Part shown: piece after piece, positions 49,102 through 57,636 of the stretch
Position numbering within the stretch: position 1 is the stretch's first letter
Layout of the letters: each line of letters opens with the position of its first letter
Source: Phycisphaerae bacterium
Lineage (GTDB): Bacteria > Planctomycetota > Phycisphaerae > UBA1845 > Fen-1342
Length of the DNA stretch: 64,000 nt
Reading direction: 5' to 3'
Assembly: GCA_050115495.1 (NCBI GenBank)
Contig: JASFQK010000001.1
Location: forward strand, 160,001 to 224,000
Made by a program: the position numbers and the translations under genes
The notes under the pieces: generated by a model
The model's database searches: none
What the model saw: only the letters and a program-made list of their open reading frames with translations
Told to the model about the DNA's origin: nothing

Positions 49102-50088
49102 CTAGCTGACTTCGCGTGTCTGGAACATCGTTACGCCGATGGCGAGCACCGCCAGGGCGTAGAGGGCGGCGTAGCCGGCGACGAATGCCACCTGCATGCC
49201 GGGGATCAGCAGCTCCTGGGTCAGCGGGTCGCCGAGCCAGAAGAATTGGAAGTTGGGGATGGCGGCGTAAAGGATCTGGTACAGGGGGCCCTCGGTAACG
49301 AAGCGGCCGAAGAGGTAGTCCGAGTGCAGCCCGAGGATGAACACGCCGGCGCAGGCCGTCAGCGTCAGCACCTGCCCCAGGCGGGTGGCCAAGGCCACGG
49401 CGAAGGCGCACAGGATGAGCACGCCGCAGAACGTGGCCGCCACGGCGTAGAGAAGCTGGCAGTTGCTGAAGGTGGCGTCCTTGGCGAGCGGGTTCTGCAT
49501 GGCCCATTCGGGGCTGATGAACAGGACGACCAGCATGGCGATCGAGGCCAACGGCACTACGAAGGCGGTCAGCGTGCTCGAAAAATGCCAGCCATAGATG
49601 TAATTGGTGAACGTCGCCGCGATCAGGCTGATGAGCACGGCCCCGAGGCCGAAGATGAGCACCGGCTGGTCGTACTTGTCGGCGGCGGTTTCCATCGTGC
49701 CGTGGCGGACCGTGAGGAACAGGGCCAGGCACAGGAAGTAGTAGCCCACCGCGACCGCCCCGGTCACGCCCAGGTACTTGCCCAGGAGGAAGACCGGGCG
49801 GCTGACCGGCTTGGAGATGACGGTCAGGACGGTGTGGCTTTCGATCTCGCGGGTGATGACGCTGGTGGCGCTGAAGACGCTGGCCAGCAGGCCGTAAAGC
49901 ATGAGCGTCGACAGGCTTACGTCGATCATGATCTTCTTGTCGCTGCCGGCGACGAGGGTGAAGGCCGCGAACGCCGGGCTGATGAAGGCCACCCAGAAGA
50001 CGGCGACCCAGAGCAGGACGCCGTAGACGGGCTGGCGGACGGTCTCGGTGAAGGTGTTGGCGGCGATGGCCGTGAGCTTGTTGGGCAT
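49102..50088 (-). CDS. ABC-2 type permease
   Basis: IAANTFTETVR...EIES...SKPVSR..FLLGKYLG; multi-pass. Confidence 0.85.
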   Translation of the reverse strand: MPNKLTAIAANTFTETVRQPVYGVLLWVAVFWVAFISPAFAAFTLVAGSDKKIMIDVSLSTLMLYGLLASVFSATSVITREIESHTVLTVISKPVSRPVFLLGKYLGVTGAVAVGYYFLCLALFLTVRHGTMETAADKYDQPVLIFGLGAVLISLIAATFTNYIYGWHFSSTLTAFVVPLASIAMLVVLFISPEWAMQNPLAKDATFSNCQLLYAVAATFCGVLILCAFAVALATRLGQVLTLTACAGVFILGLHSDYLFGRFVTEGPLYQILYAAIPNFQFFWLGDPLTQELLIPGMQVAFVAGYAALYALAVLAIGVTMFQTREVS

Positions 50089-50257
50089 CGGGGTTTACCA
50101 GTATCGGGTTATGGTTGCCACCGCTGGTGGGCGTCGCCAGCCAGGCCGGCCGCCGGTCATTATGCCGGGCGACGGGCAGGTGGACAACAGGGCATACGAC
50201 GGCGGACGGGAGCGGTTCGCCGGCGGCGGGGGCTTCGGGTGATGCGAGAGGTGAGTC

Positions 50258-52738
50258 GTGGCTGAAACGTCCTACACGCGTGCCCGCCGGACGGCTCTGT
50301 ACGGGCTGCTGCTACAGATCATCGCTTTTGGCGGCGTGCTGGTGCTGGGCCAGAGTTCGCTGTCGGTGGCGATGTTCACGCTGGCCTGGTACATCGGCGG
50401 CGGCATTCCGCTGTGGTTCGTCTGTCTGCTGGTTTTCCGCCAGCACGAACTGGTGGCGCTGGAGTCGCTCGACCTCGAAGAGCTCCGGCGGGAGAAGCAG
50501 AGCGCCGGCGGCGGGGAAGCGATCTTCGACGAGGAAGGCGGCGGGGCGCTCGGTTTCCGGGTGGCCGAGACGCGGCTGCGCTGGATGCAGCGTTGGCTGC
50601 TGCCGGCTTTCGGGCTGGTGACGGCGCTGTACCTGGCCGGGATGGGGATGTGGCTCTGGTACCAGGTGAAGACGCTGGGCGTGCTGGGCCGCGGGGAGCT
50701 GCAGAACCTGCCCATCTCGATGATCCTGCTGGGGGTAGGCGTGCTGTTGCTCTTCCTGTTTGCCCGCTACGCGTCGGGGATGGCGCGGGTGAAGGAATGG
50801 CAGCATTTGCGAGCGTGCGGCTCGTACATGCTGGGCAACGCCATCGCGGCGGCCGCGGCGATCATCTGCCTGGGGGTGGCGATCAGTCCGCTGAAGACGC
50901 CGACGCCCGAGCACGTGCTGGCCTACCTGATCCCGGTGGTGATGGTGCTGGTGGCGGCGGAGACGCTGATCAACTTCATTCTGGATGTCTATCGTCCGCG
51001 AACGCCGGGCGTGGAGCCCCGGGCCTGCTTCGACAGCCGGCTGCTGGCCCTGATCGCCGAGCCGGGCGGGATCGCCTCGACGATCGCGGAGGCGATGAAC
51101 TACCAGTTCGGCTTCGAGGTATCGCACACCTGGTTTTACCAGTTGTTGCAGCGGACGTTCGTGCCGCTGCTCGGGGCGGGGCTGGTGATTTTGTGGGCGC
51201 TGACCTGCATGCTGGTGGTGCAGCCGGGGGAGCACGCCATCGTCGAGCGTTTCGGGCGGCAGTTGAACGCCGAGACGCCGCATAAGTGCGGGCTGCACTG
51301 GAAGCTGCCGTGGCCGATCGACGTGGCCCACAAGTACAACACCGGCGAGCTGCACCAGATCATCATCGGCTTCAAGCAGTTTGACGCCGCGCCTCAGGCC
51401 GATAAAGAGCAGACGCTGGACGTGGCCCTGTGGGACGACGTGAAGCACATGGGCCAGCCGCACTTCGACTTCCTGATTCCGGTGCCGCGGCGGGTGGCCG
51501 AGCTGACGATGGCGCGGCCGGCGGAGCCGACGGTGGCCGAGACGCAGCCGACGACGGCCCCGGGAGAGCGGCGGCCGGAAGAGGCCCTGCCGGTCAACAT
51601 GGTGCGGATGGACGTGGCCATCCAGTATCGGATCCGCGAGGATGACCTGGCCGACTACACGGTGAATATCGTGAACGCCCAGGAAACGCTGCGGGACCTC
51701 GCCTGGGAGGAGGTGGTGCGCTACAGCGCGTCCAATGACCTATTCACCCTGTTGGGCGAGAAGTACGCCACGGCCGCGATGGAGCTGCGCGAGCGCATCC
51801 GCCGGCACGTCGAGGAGTTGGACCTTGGGTTGGAGATTGTTTACGTCGGCGTGCAGAACGTGCACCCCGAGCCGGGCGTGTCCAAGGAATTCCGCCGGGT
51901 CGTCACGGCCGAGCAGGAGAAGATCGCCGCCATTCGCGAAGCGATCGTCAAGGAAAACCAGGTGCTCTCTGCCGTGGCCGGCAGCCGGGGCGTGGCCATC
52001 AATCTGGCGCAGGCGATCGATCATATCGGGCCGAACACGACGGCCCTGAACGACGCCCAGGCCGTGCTGAGCACAGCGGACGCTGGCCTGGTCGAGACGT
52101 ACCGGCAGCGCGTGGCCGAGCATGAGGCGGCGCTGCGGGCGGTGGTCGAGGCCGACTGGCGGCTGCAATTGGCCCGGCTGGACAAGCAGCAGGTCGACTA
52201 CGACTTCGACCTGGGCCTGCAGGACGTGGGCGACAAGGCACGGGCCGGCGCAGCGGTGACGGCGGCGGAGGCGGCGCTGGAGGCGGCGAAGGCGACCCTG
52301 ACCGAAGAGTTGGCTGAGGTGGAGACCGCGGCCCGTCAGCAGCTCTCCGAACCGGTGGTGGCTGCCCTTCGCGAAGAGGCCCAGGCCCAGACGGGGCTGA
52401 CCTTCTGGAACGGCCGGTTGCAGCAGTTGCTGCCGGGCGTGCAGGGCGAGGCGGCGGTCGTATTGGCCAAGGCCCAGGCGGAGCGCTGGGCGATCGAGAT
52501 GCGGGCGGCGGCGGAAGTGGCCCGCGTGGACGGCGAACGGGCGGCGTACCGCGCAGCCCCGCGCGTCTACAAGATCCGCAAGTACCTGGAGGTGCTGACC
52601 GCGGGCATCAAGGATTCGCGGAAGTTCTTCCTGGCGTTTGACCCGGGCAACCGGTGGGTGCGCGTGCGACTGATGGCTGAAGAACAGGCCCGCACCGGCA
52701 TCGAGGATATTGAGACCCGCCAGCCGACGCGGCCCTGA
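50258..52738 (+). CDS. HflK-like SPFH protein with N-terminal multi-TM domain
   Basis: VVQPGEHAIVERFG, GLHWKLPWPID, NVHP...F..V..AEQE, YRAAPRVY. Confidence 0.85.
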   Translation: MAETSYTRARRTALYGLLLQIIAFGGVLVLGQSSLSVAMFTLAWYIGGGIPLWFVCLLVFRQHELVALESLDLEELRREKQSAGGGEAIFDEEGGGALGFRVAETRLRWMQRWLLPAFGLVTALYLAGMGMWLWYQVKTLGVLGRGELQNLPISMILLGVGVLLLFLFARYASGMARVKEWQHLRACGSYMLGNAIAAAAAIICLGVAISPLKTPTPEHVLAYLIPVVMVLVAAETLINFILDVYRPRTPGVEPRACFDSRLLALIAEPGGIASTIAEAMNYQFGFEVSHTWFYQLLQRTFVPLLGAGLVILWALTCMLVVQPGEHAIVERFGRQLNAETPHKCGLHWKLPWPIDVAHKYNTGELHQIIIGFKQFDAAPQADKEQTLDVALWDDVKHMGQPHFDFLIPVPRRVAELTMARPAEPTVAETQPTTAPGERRPEEALPVNMVRMDVAIQYRIREDDLADYTVNIVNAQETLRDLAWEEVVRYSASNDLFTLLGEKYATAAMELRERIRRHVEELDLGLEIVYVGVQNVHPEPGVSKEFRRVVTAEQEKIAAIREAIVKENQVLSAVAGSRGVAINLAQAIDHIGPNTTALNDAQAVLSTADAGLVETYRQRVAEHEAALRAVVEADWRLQLARLDKQQVDYDFDLGLQDVGDKARAGAAVTAAEAALEAAKATLTEELAEVETAARQQLSEPVVAALREEAQAQTGLTFWNGRLQQLLPGVQGEAAVVLAKAQAERWAIEMRAAAEVARVDGERAAYRAAPRVYKIRKYLEVLTAGIKDSRKFFLAFDPGNRWVRVRLMAEEQARTGIEDIETRQPTRP

Positions 52739-52795
52739 GCGGCCGAAGCGGCGCGCGGGCCGGCGGTCCCGCGCGGCGGATGACGAGGAGCAGAG

Positions 52796-53752
52796 ATGAA
52801 CAGGATCGCGGTACCAACGCTGTTGACGGCCGGGGGCGTGGTGCTCCTGCTGTTGGCCTACGCCCTGACGTTCCAGGTGCGCTTCTCCGAAGTGGCGGTG
52901 ACGGAGAGATTCGGCAAGGCGGATGAGAAGAGCATCGTGACCGATCCCGGCCTGTATTGGCGCTGGCCGTGGCCGATCGACAGGGTCACGAAGTACGACA
53001 AGCGTCTGCGCACGCTGGACACGACCGAGGCCGAGGTCAAGACGAAGGACGGGAAGAACGTCGTCATCGGCAACTACGCCATCTGGCGCATCGAGCAGCC
53101 CCTGCAGTTCTACAAGCGGGTGCGGACGGTGGCCAAGGCGGAGGAGGGCCTGCGGGCCCGTATCGCCGATCGCCGCCAGGCGGTCATCGGCAACGAGAAC
53201 CTGTCGGCCTTCGTCAACCTGGACGAGGCGCGGGTCACGGAGAGCTACGACCGCATCGAAGAGGCCTTGCTGAACGGCAAGGGGTTGGAGCCGGGTGGCG
53301 AAACCCGCTCTCTCGCCGAGGGCGTGCTCGAGGATTTCGGCATTCACCTCGAGAAGGTGGCCATCCGTCGCATTTCGCTGCCCCAGGAGACTACGCAGAG
53401 CGTCTTCCAGCAGATGATCGCCGAGCGGCAGAAGGTGGCCGCCGGCTACCGCGAGGAGGGCAAGTCGCGGGCGCAGTCGATCACGGCAGCGGCCGAGGCG
53501 GCCAAGCAGCAGATCCTGGCGTTTGCCCGGACGAAGGCCGAGCAGGAGCGGACCAAGGGCGTGCAGGCCAGCACCCGCGTGCTGGCTCAGATTGAAGCCG
53601 AGGACGTGGAGTTCTTCGAGTGGCTGCGCTGGCTGGACGCCCTGCGCGTCTCGCTGCAGCAGAAGAGCACCATCTTCCTGGACAGCGACTCGGAGCTGTT
53701 CAAGCCCTTCATGGGACCGCTGGCACCGACCTCGCAGCCGGGCAGGGAGTAG
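52796..53752 (+). CDS. HflC-like SPFH protein
   Basis: PGLYWRWPWPI, TKDGKNVV, WRI, MIAER, EFFEWLRWL. Confidence 0.88.
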   Translation: MNRIAVPTLLTAGGVVLLLLAYALTFQVRFSEVAVTERFGKADEKSIVTDPGLYWRWPWPIDRVTKYDKRLRTLDTTEAEVKTKDGKNVVIGNYAIWRIEQPLQFYKRVRTVAKAEEGLRARIADRRQAVIGNENLSAFVNLDEARVTESYDRIEEALLNGKGLEPGGETRSLAEGVLEDFGIHLEKVAIRRISLPQETTQSVFQQMIAERQKVAAGYREEGKSRAQSITAAAEAAKQQILAFARTKAEQERTKGVQASTRVLAQIEAEDVEFFEWLRWLDALRVSLQQKSTIFLDSDSELFKPFMGPLAPTSQPGRE

Positions 53753-53756
53753 GGCC

Positions 53757-55022
53757 ATGGACGAGCACGGACATTACCCAATGGCAGGCGCCGGCGGCCC
53801 GCCGGAGCCGGCAGGCGATCCGGCACAGCAGTCGTTGGGCAGCGCGCTGCGTTCGAGCTTCGCGATTCTGCGGCTGGTCATCTTTGTCCTGTTGGCGCTC
53901 TATCTGTTGTCGGGCGTCTTCCGGATTCAGCCGGGAGAGCAGGGTATCGTCGCCCGCTTCGGTAAGCTGATGGAGAACCGGGAAACGGGCAAGTTCGTGT
54001 TCACCGAAGGCTGGGTATGGTGGGTGCTGCCCGAGCCTTTCGACGAGAAGATCACGATCTCCGGCAATATCGAGCGCATGACGATCGACACGTTCATGTT
54101 CGCCCGCACTGAGGACGCGATCAGGAACGACACGGACATCGCCACGCTCAAGCCGCGCGGCAACCAGATCAACCCGGGCCGCGACGGGGCCATGCTGACC
54201 GGCGACAAGAACCTCTCCCACGGCTTGTGGGAGGTGGAGTACCGCATCGTCGACGGGGCGGCTTTCGTTACGCATGTGGGCGAGGGGCCCGAGGAGTTCG
54301 CCCCCCTGCTGCAACGGTCGCTGGAGAACTCGATTCTCCGCGAGGTGGCCTACCGCAAGGTGGAGGAGGTCACGCGAACGAAGATCGACAGCGTCGCCGA
54401 CCGCGTGCTGCGGCGCTTGCAGAAGAACCTGGACGCCCTGCACACGGGCGTGGAAGTCGTCAAGACCAACCCCAACGTGATCGTGCCGGCGCAGGTGGCT
54501 CCGGCCTTCACCGAGGTCACCAACGCCGAGAACGAACGCACCCGGCAGGAGCACGGCGCCGAGCAGAAGGCCACAGAGATCCTGAACCAGGCCGCCGGCC
54601 CCGCTCACCGTGCGGTGCTGGAGAAGATCCGGGCCTACGGGGCGGCGCAACTCGCCGGCGCCGAGCCGGAGGAGCTGGCCCGGCTCCTGGCGGAGATCAA
54701 TACGTCGCTGGACACGGCGGAGGGCGAGGTCGCGGTGGCCCTGCGCGAGGCCCGGGCCGAGGCCAACACCGTGCGCGAGGAGATCAACCGCCAGTACCAG
54801 GAATACACCGAGTGGCTCAAGCAGTACCGGGCGCTGCCGCAGGCGACGCTGGTGTCGCTCTGGTCGCAGATGCGCGAGCAGATTCTGACCAACAAGGACA
54901 ACGAGCTGTTCTGGCTGCCGGACAGCAACGTCATTGAGATCCTGGTGAACCGCGATCCGAACCGGGCCATCGAGGCCGAGCGTGAACGCCTGCAGAAGCA
55001 GATGCAGGACCAGGAGCGCTAA
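53757..55022 (+). CDS. HflK-like SPFH protein
   Basis: IQPGEQGIVARFG, MLTGDKNL, VEYRI, PAQVAPAF.EV.NAE. Confidence 0.85.
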   Translation: MDEHGHYPMAGAGGPPEPAGDPAQQSLGSALRSSFAILRLVIFVLLALYLLSGVFRIQPGEQGIVARFGKLMENRETGKFVFTEGWVWWVLPEPFDEKITISGNIERMTIDTFMFARTEDAIRNDTDIATLKPRGNQINPGRDGAMLTGDKNLSHGLWEVEYRIVDGAAFVTHVGEGPEEFAPLLQRSLENSILREVAYRKVEEVTRTKIDSVADRVLRRLQKNLDALHTGVEVVKTNPNVIVPAQVAPAFTEVTNAENERTRQEHGAEQKATEILNQAAGPAHRAVLEKIRAYGAAQLAGAEPEELARLLAEINTSLDTAEGEVAVALREARAEANTVREEINRQYQEYTEWLKQYRALPQATLVSLWSQMREQILTNKDNELFWLPDSNVIEILVNRDPNRAIEAERERLQKQMQDQER

Positions 55023-55038
55023 GCCGGCGCCCCCGAGG

Positions 55039-56205
55039 ATGCCCGTGAACACCCCGTCGATCATTTCCGCCGTCGGCCTGACCAAGGTCTTTCGGGACTT
55101 CTGGCGGCGGGCCCGCGTCAAGGCCGTCAACAGCGTCGATCTGGAGATTCAACCCGGCGAGATCTTCGGCCTGCTGGGCCCCAACGGTTCGGGCAAGAGC
55201 ACGACCATCAAACTCATTCTCGGCCTGCTGCACCCCACGCGTGGCCGCGTCGCCGTCTTCGGCCGACCGCCGGACGACGTCCGCTCCAAGTCGCGCATCG
55301 GCTACCTGCCGGAAGAGTCGTACCTCTACCGCTTCCTGAACGCCCGCGAGACGCTGGACTACTACGGCACACTGTTCCGCATTCCGCGCGGCGAGCGTCG
55401 CCGGCGAACCGAGGGGTTGCTGGAGATGGTCGGCCTGAGGTCGGCGGCCCGGCGGGCGGTGGGCGAGTATTCGAAGGGTATGGCCCGGCGCATCGGCCTG
55501 GCCCAGGCCCTGGTGAACGATCCCGACCTGCTGATTCTCGACGAGCCGACCAGCGGTCTCGACCCGATCGGTGCCAAGCTGGTCAAGGACATCATCGTGC
55601 GCCTCGGCCAGCAGCATAGGAAGACCATCCTCCTTTCGAGCCACCTGCTGGCCGACGTCGAGGAGGTCTGCGACCGGGTGACGATTCTCTACGGTGGGCG
55701 GGAGCAGGTGAGCGGGCGCATCTCCGAAGTACTGGCGCACCGCGACAAGACGCAGATTCTCTGTGACCGGCTGAGTCCGGAGACGATCGCCGCCGTCACC
55801 GACCTGGTGCAGCGGCAGGAGGGCAAGACGCTCGAGGTGTCCACGCCGCGCGATCGGCTCGAAACGCTGTTCCTGCGGATCGTGCGCGAGGCGCACGCTC
55901 ACAAGGTGGAGACGGCGGGTTCGGCGGTGGCCGGCGAGATCGCCTCGTTCCTCGGTGAGAGTGAGCAGGGCAAGGCCGTGCTGGAATCGCTGACCAAGGT
56001 CGAGCCGGTCGAGACCGGGCCGGCCGAACCCGAGCCGGTGCCGTCCGGTACCGATGCGACGCTGCTGGGCGAGCTCGTGGCCCCGCCGCCGGCGCCGAAG
56101 CCAGCGGCCGGGCCGGCGGTGCCTGCGCCGCCGCCACGCGGTGACGTCGACCGCACCGTGCTCGACGAGCTGACCGAAGACGAGGGCGGCGGGGGCGGGG
56201 CATGA
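55039..56205 (+). CDS. ABC ATP-binding protein with Pro/acidic C-terminal tail
   Basis: GPNGSGKST, YSKGM, ILDEPTSGLD, SSHLL. Confidence 0.93.
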   Translation: MPVNTPSIISAVGLTKVFRDFWRRARVKAVNSVDLEIQPGEIFGLLGPNGSGKSTTIKLILGLLHPTRGRVAVFGRPPDDVRSKSRIGYLPEESYLYRFLNARETLDYYGTLFRIPRGERRRRTEGLLEMVGLRSAARRAVGEYSKGMARRIGLAQALVNDPDLLILDEPTSGLDPIGAKLVKDIIVRLGQQHRKTILLSSHLLADVEEVCDRVTILYGGREQVSGRISEVLAHRDKTQILCDRLSPETIAAVTDLVQRQEGKTLEVSTPRDRLETLFLRIVREAHAHKVETAGSAVAGEIASFLGESEQGKAVLESLTKVEPVETGPAEPEPVPSGTDATLLGELVAPPPAPKPAAGPAVPAPPPRGDVDRTVLDELTEDEGGGGGA

Positions 56206-57593
56206 GAAACACGCTGGCCATCGCCCGGCTGATGATCGCCGAGGGCGTCCGCATGCGGATCGTCCTGGTGTTCATCGTCGTGCTGGTGTTCATCGTGCTC
56301 CGGCTGCCGTTCACGCTGCGCGGGGACGAGACGGTCTCGGGGCAGTTGCAGACGTTCCTGGCGTATTCGCTGGGGGCGGTGAGTATTCTGCTGGGAGTGG
56401 CCTGCGTCTTTCTCTCCTGCGCTACGCTGACGGGGGAGATCAAGAGCTTCACCATCCACCTGCTGGTGACCAAGCCGGTCTCGCGGTTCGAGATTCTGCT
56501 CGGCAAGTGGCTGGGCATCAACGTGCTGCTGCTGACGCTCGTGGCGGCCAGCGGGGTAACCATCTACGGTTTCGCCCGCTTCATCAAGTCGCGGCCGGTG
56601 GCCTTCGAGCGCGACGCGGTGAACCTGCGGGACGTCGTGTGGCGGGCTCGCGTGGCGGCCGACCCGACACCGCCGCCGGAGCTGGAAGACCAGGCCCGCG
56701 AATGGGTGCGGTCGCAGGTCGGTCAGGGACAGCATTTCGCCCGCGGGGAGGCCTTCGCCTACGCCGAGCGGCTCAAGGCTTTGCAGAGCGAGTGGCGGAC
56801 GCTCAATCCCGGCCAGGCGCGGGCGTATCTGTTCGAGAACCTGATCCCGCCGCGCTCGGCCGATGCGGTGATCCAGGTGCGCTACCGCGTGCGGGGCGTG
56901 AACCTCCAACTCGACCAGATGGTGCCGGTGGCCTTCGCTTTCGCCGATCCGGACGATCTTGAGCCGCTCAGCGAGTGGCATGACGTCCGGGAGCGGTCGG
57001 CGGATCTGCACCAGTTCCTGGCGAAGGGGCAGCCGGTCATCAAGGACGGCTGCACGGCGCTGCTGGTCGGCAACCGGGGCCTGCCGCCGTACGAACGCGT
57101 GTCGTTTCACATCGAGGAGGAGGACGGCCTGCAGATCCTCTACAGCGTGGGGACGTTCGAGGAGAACTTCGTCAAGACGCTGTTGATGGTCTACGCCCGG
57201 CTGGCGTTTCTGAGTGCCGTGGGGCTGTTCTTCAGCGTATTTGTGTCGTTCCCGGTGGCCTGCCTGTGCGCGTTCACGTTTTACCTGATCTGCCTGGGCA
57301 TGCCCTACTGGCTCGAGTCGGTCGGGGCGAACCTGGAATACTGGACCGAAGGGGTGGACCCCTACGGCCGATACGGGCCGGCGATCCGTATGGTGCTCGT
57401 GCCGATCATGCGCTTCGTCTTCCCGAACTTCGGGGCGTACGACGGCGGGCAGTATCTCATCGACGGGCTGTACATCAATTACGGGCTGCTGTGCAAGGCC
57501 CTGGGGCACACGCTGCTGTACGGGATCCTGCTGCTGCTGTTGCCCGGTTGGCTCATGTTCCGTTCGCGAGAGATCGCGGAGGTGACCGTGTGA
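56202..57593 (+). CDS. ABC-2 type permease with large extracytoplasmic domain
   Basis: EIKS...TKPVSRFEILLGKWLG; ATGA overlap with the ATPase gene. Confidence 0.85.
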   Translation: MRNTLAIARLMIAEGVRMRIVLVFIVVLVFIVLRLPFTLRGDETVSGQLQTFLAYSLGAVSILLGVACVFLSCATLTGEIKSFTIHLLVTKPVSRFEILLGKWLGINVLLLTLVAASGVTIYGFARFIKSRPVAFERDAVNLRDVVWRARVAADPTPPPELEDQAREWVRSQVGQGQHFARGEAFAYAERLKALQSEWRTLNPGQARAYLFENLIPPRSADAVIQVRYRVRGVNLQLDQMVPVAFAFADPDDLEPLSEWHDVRERSADLHQFLAKGQPVIKDGCTALLVGNRGLPPYERVSFHIEEEDGLQILYSVGTFEENFVKTLLMVYARLAFLSAVGLFFSVFVSFPVACLCAFTFYLICLGMPYWLESVGANLEYWTEGVDPYGRYGPAIRMVLVPIMRFVFPNFGAYDGGQYLIDGLYINYGLLCKALGHTLLYGILLLLLPGWLMFRSREIAEVTV

Positions 57594-57636
57594 GCGCGGG
57601 CTGGCGGCGAGCGTACAGGCGCGGGAGGGTGGACCG

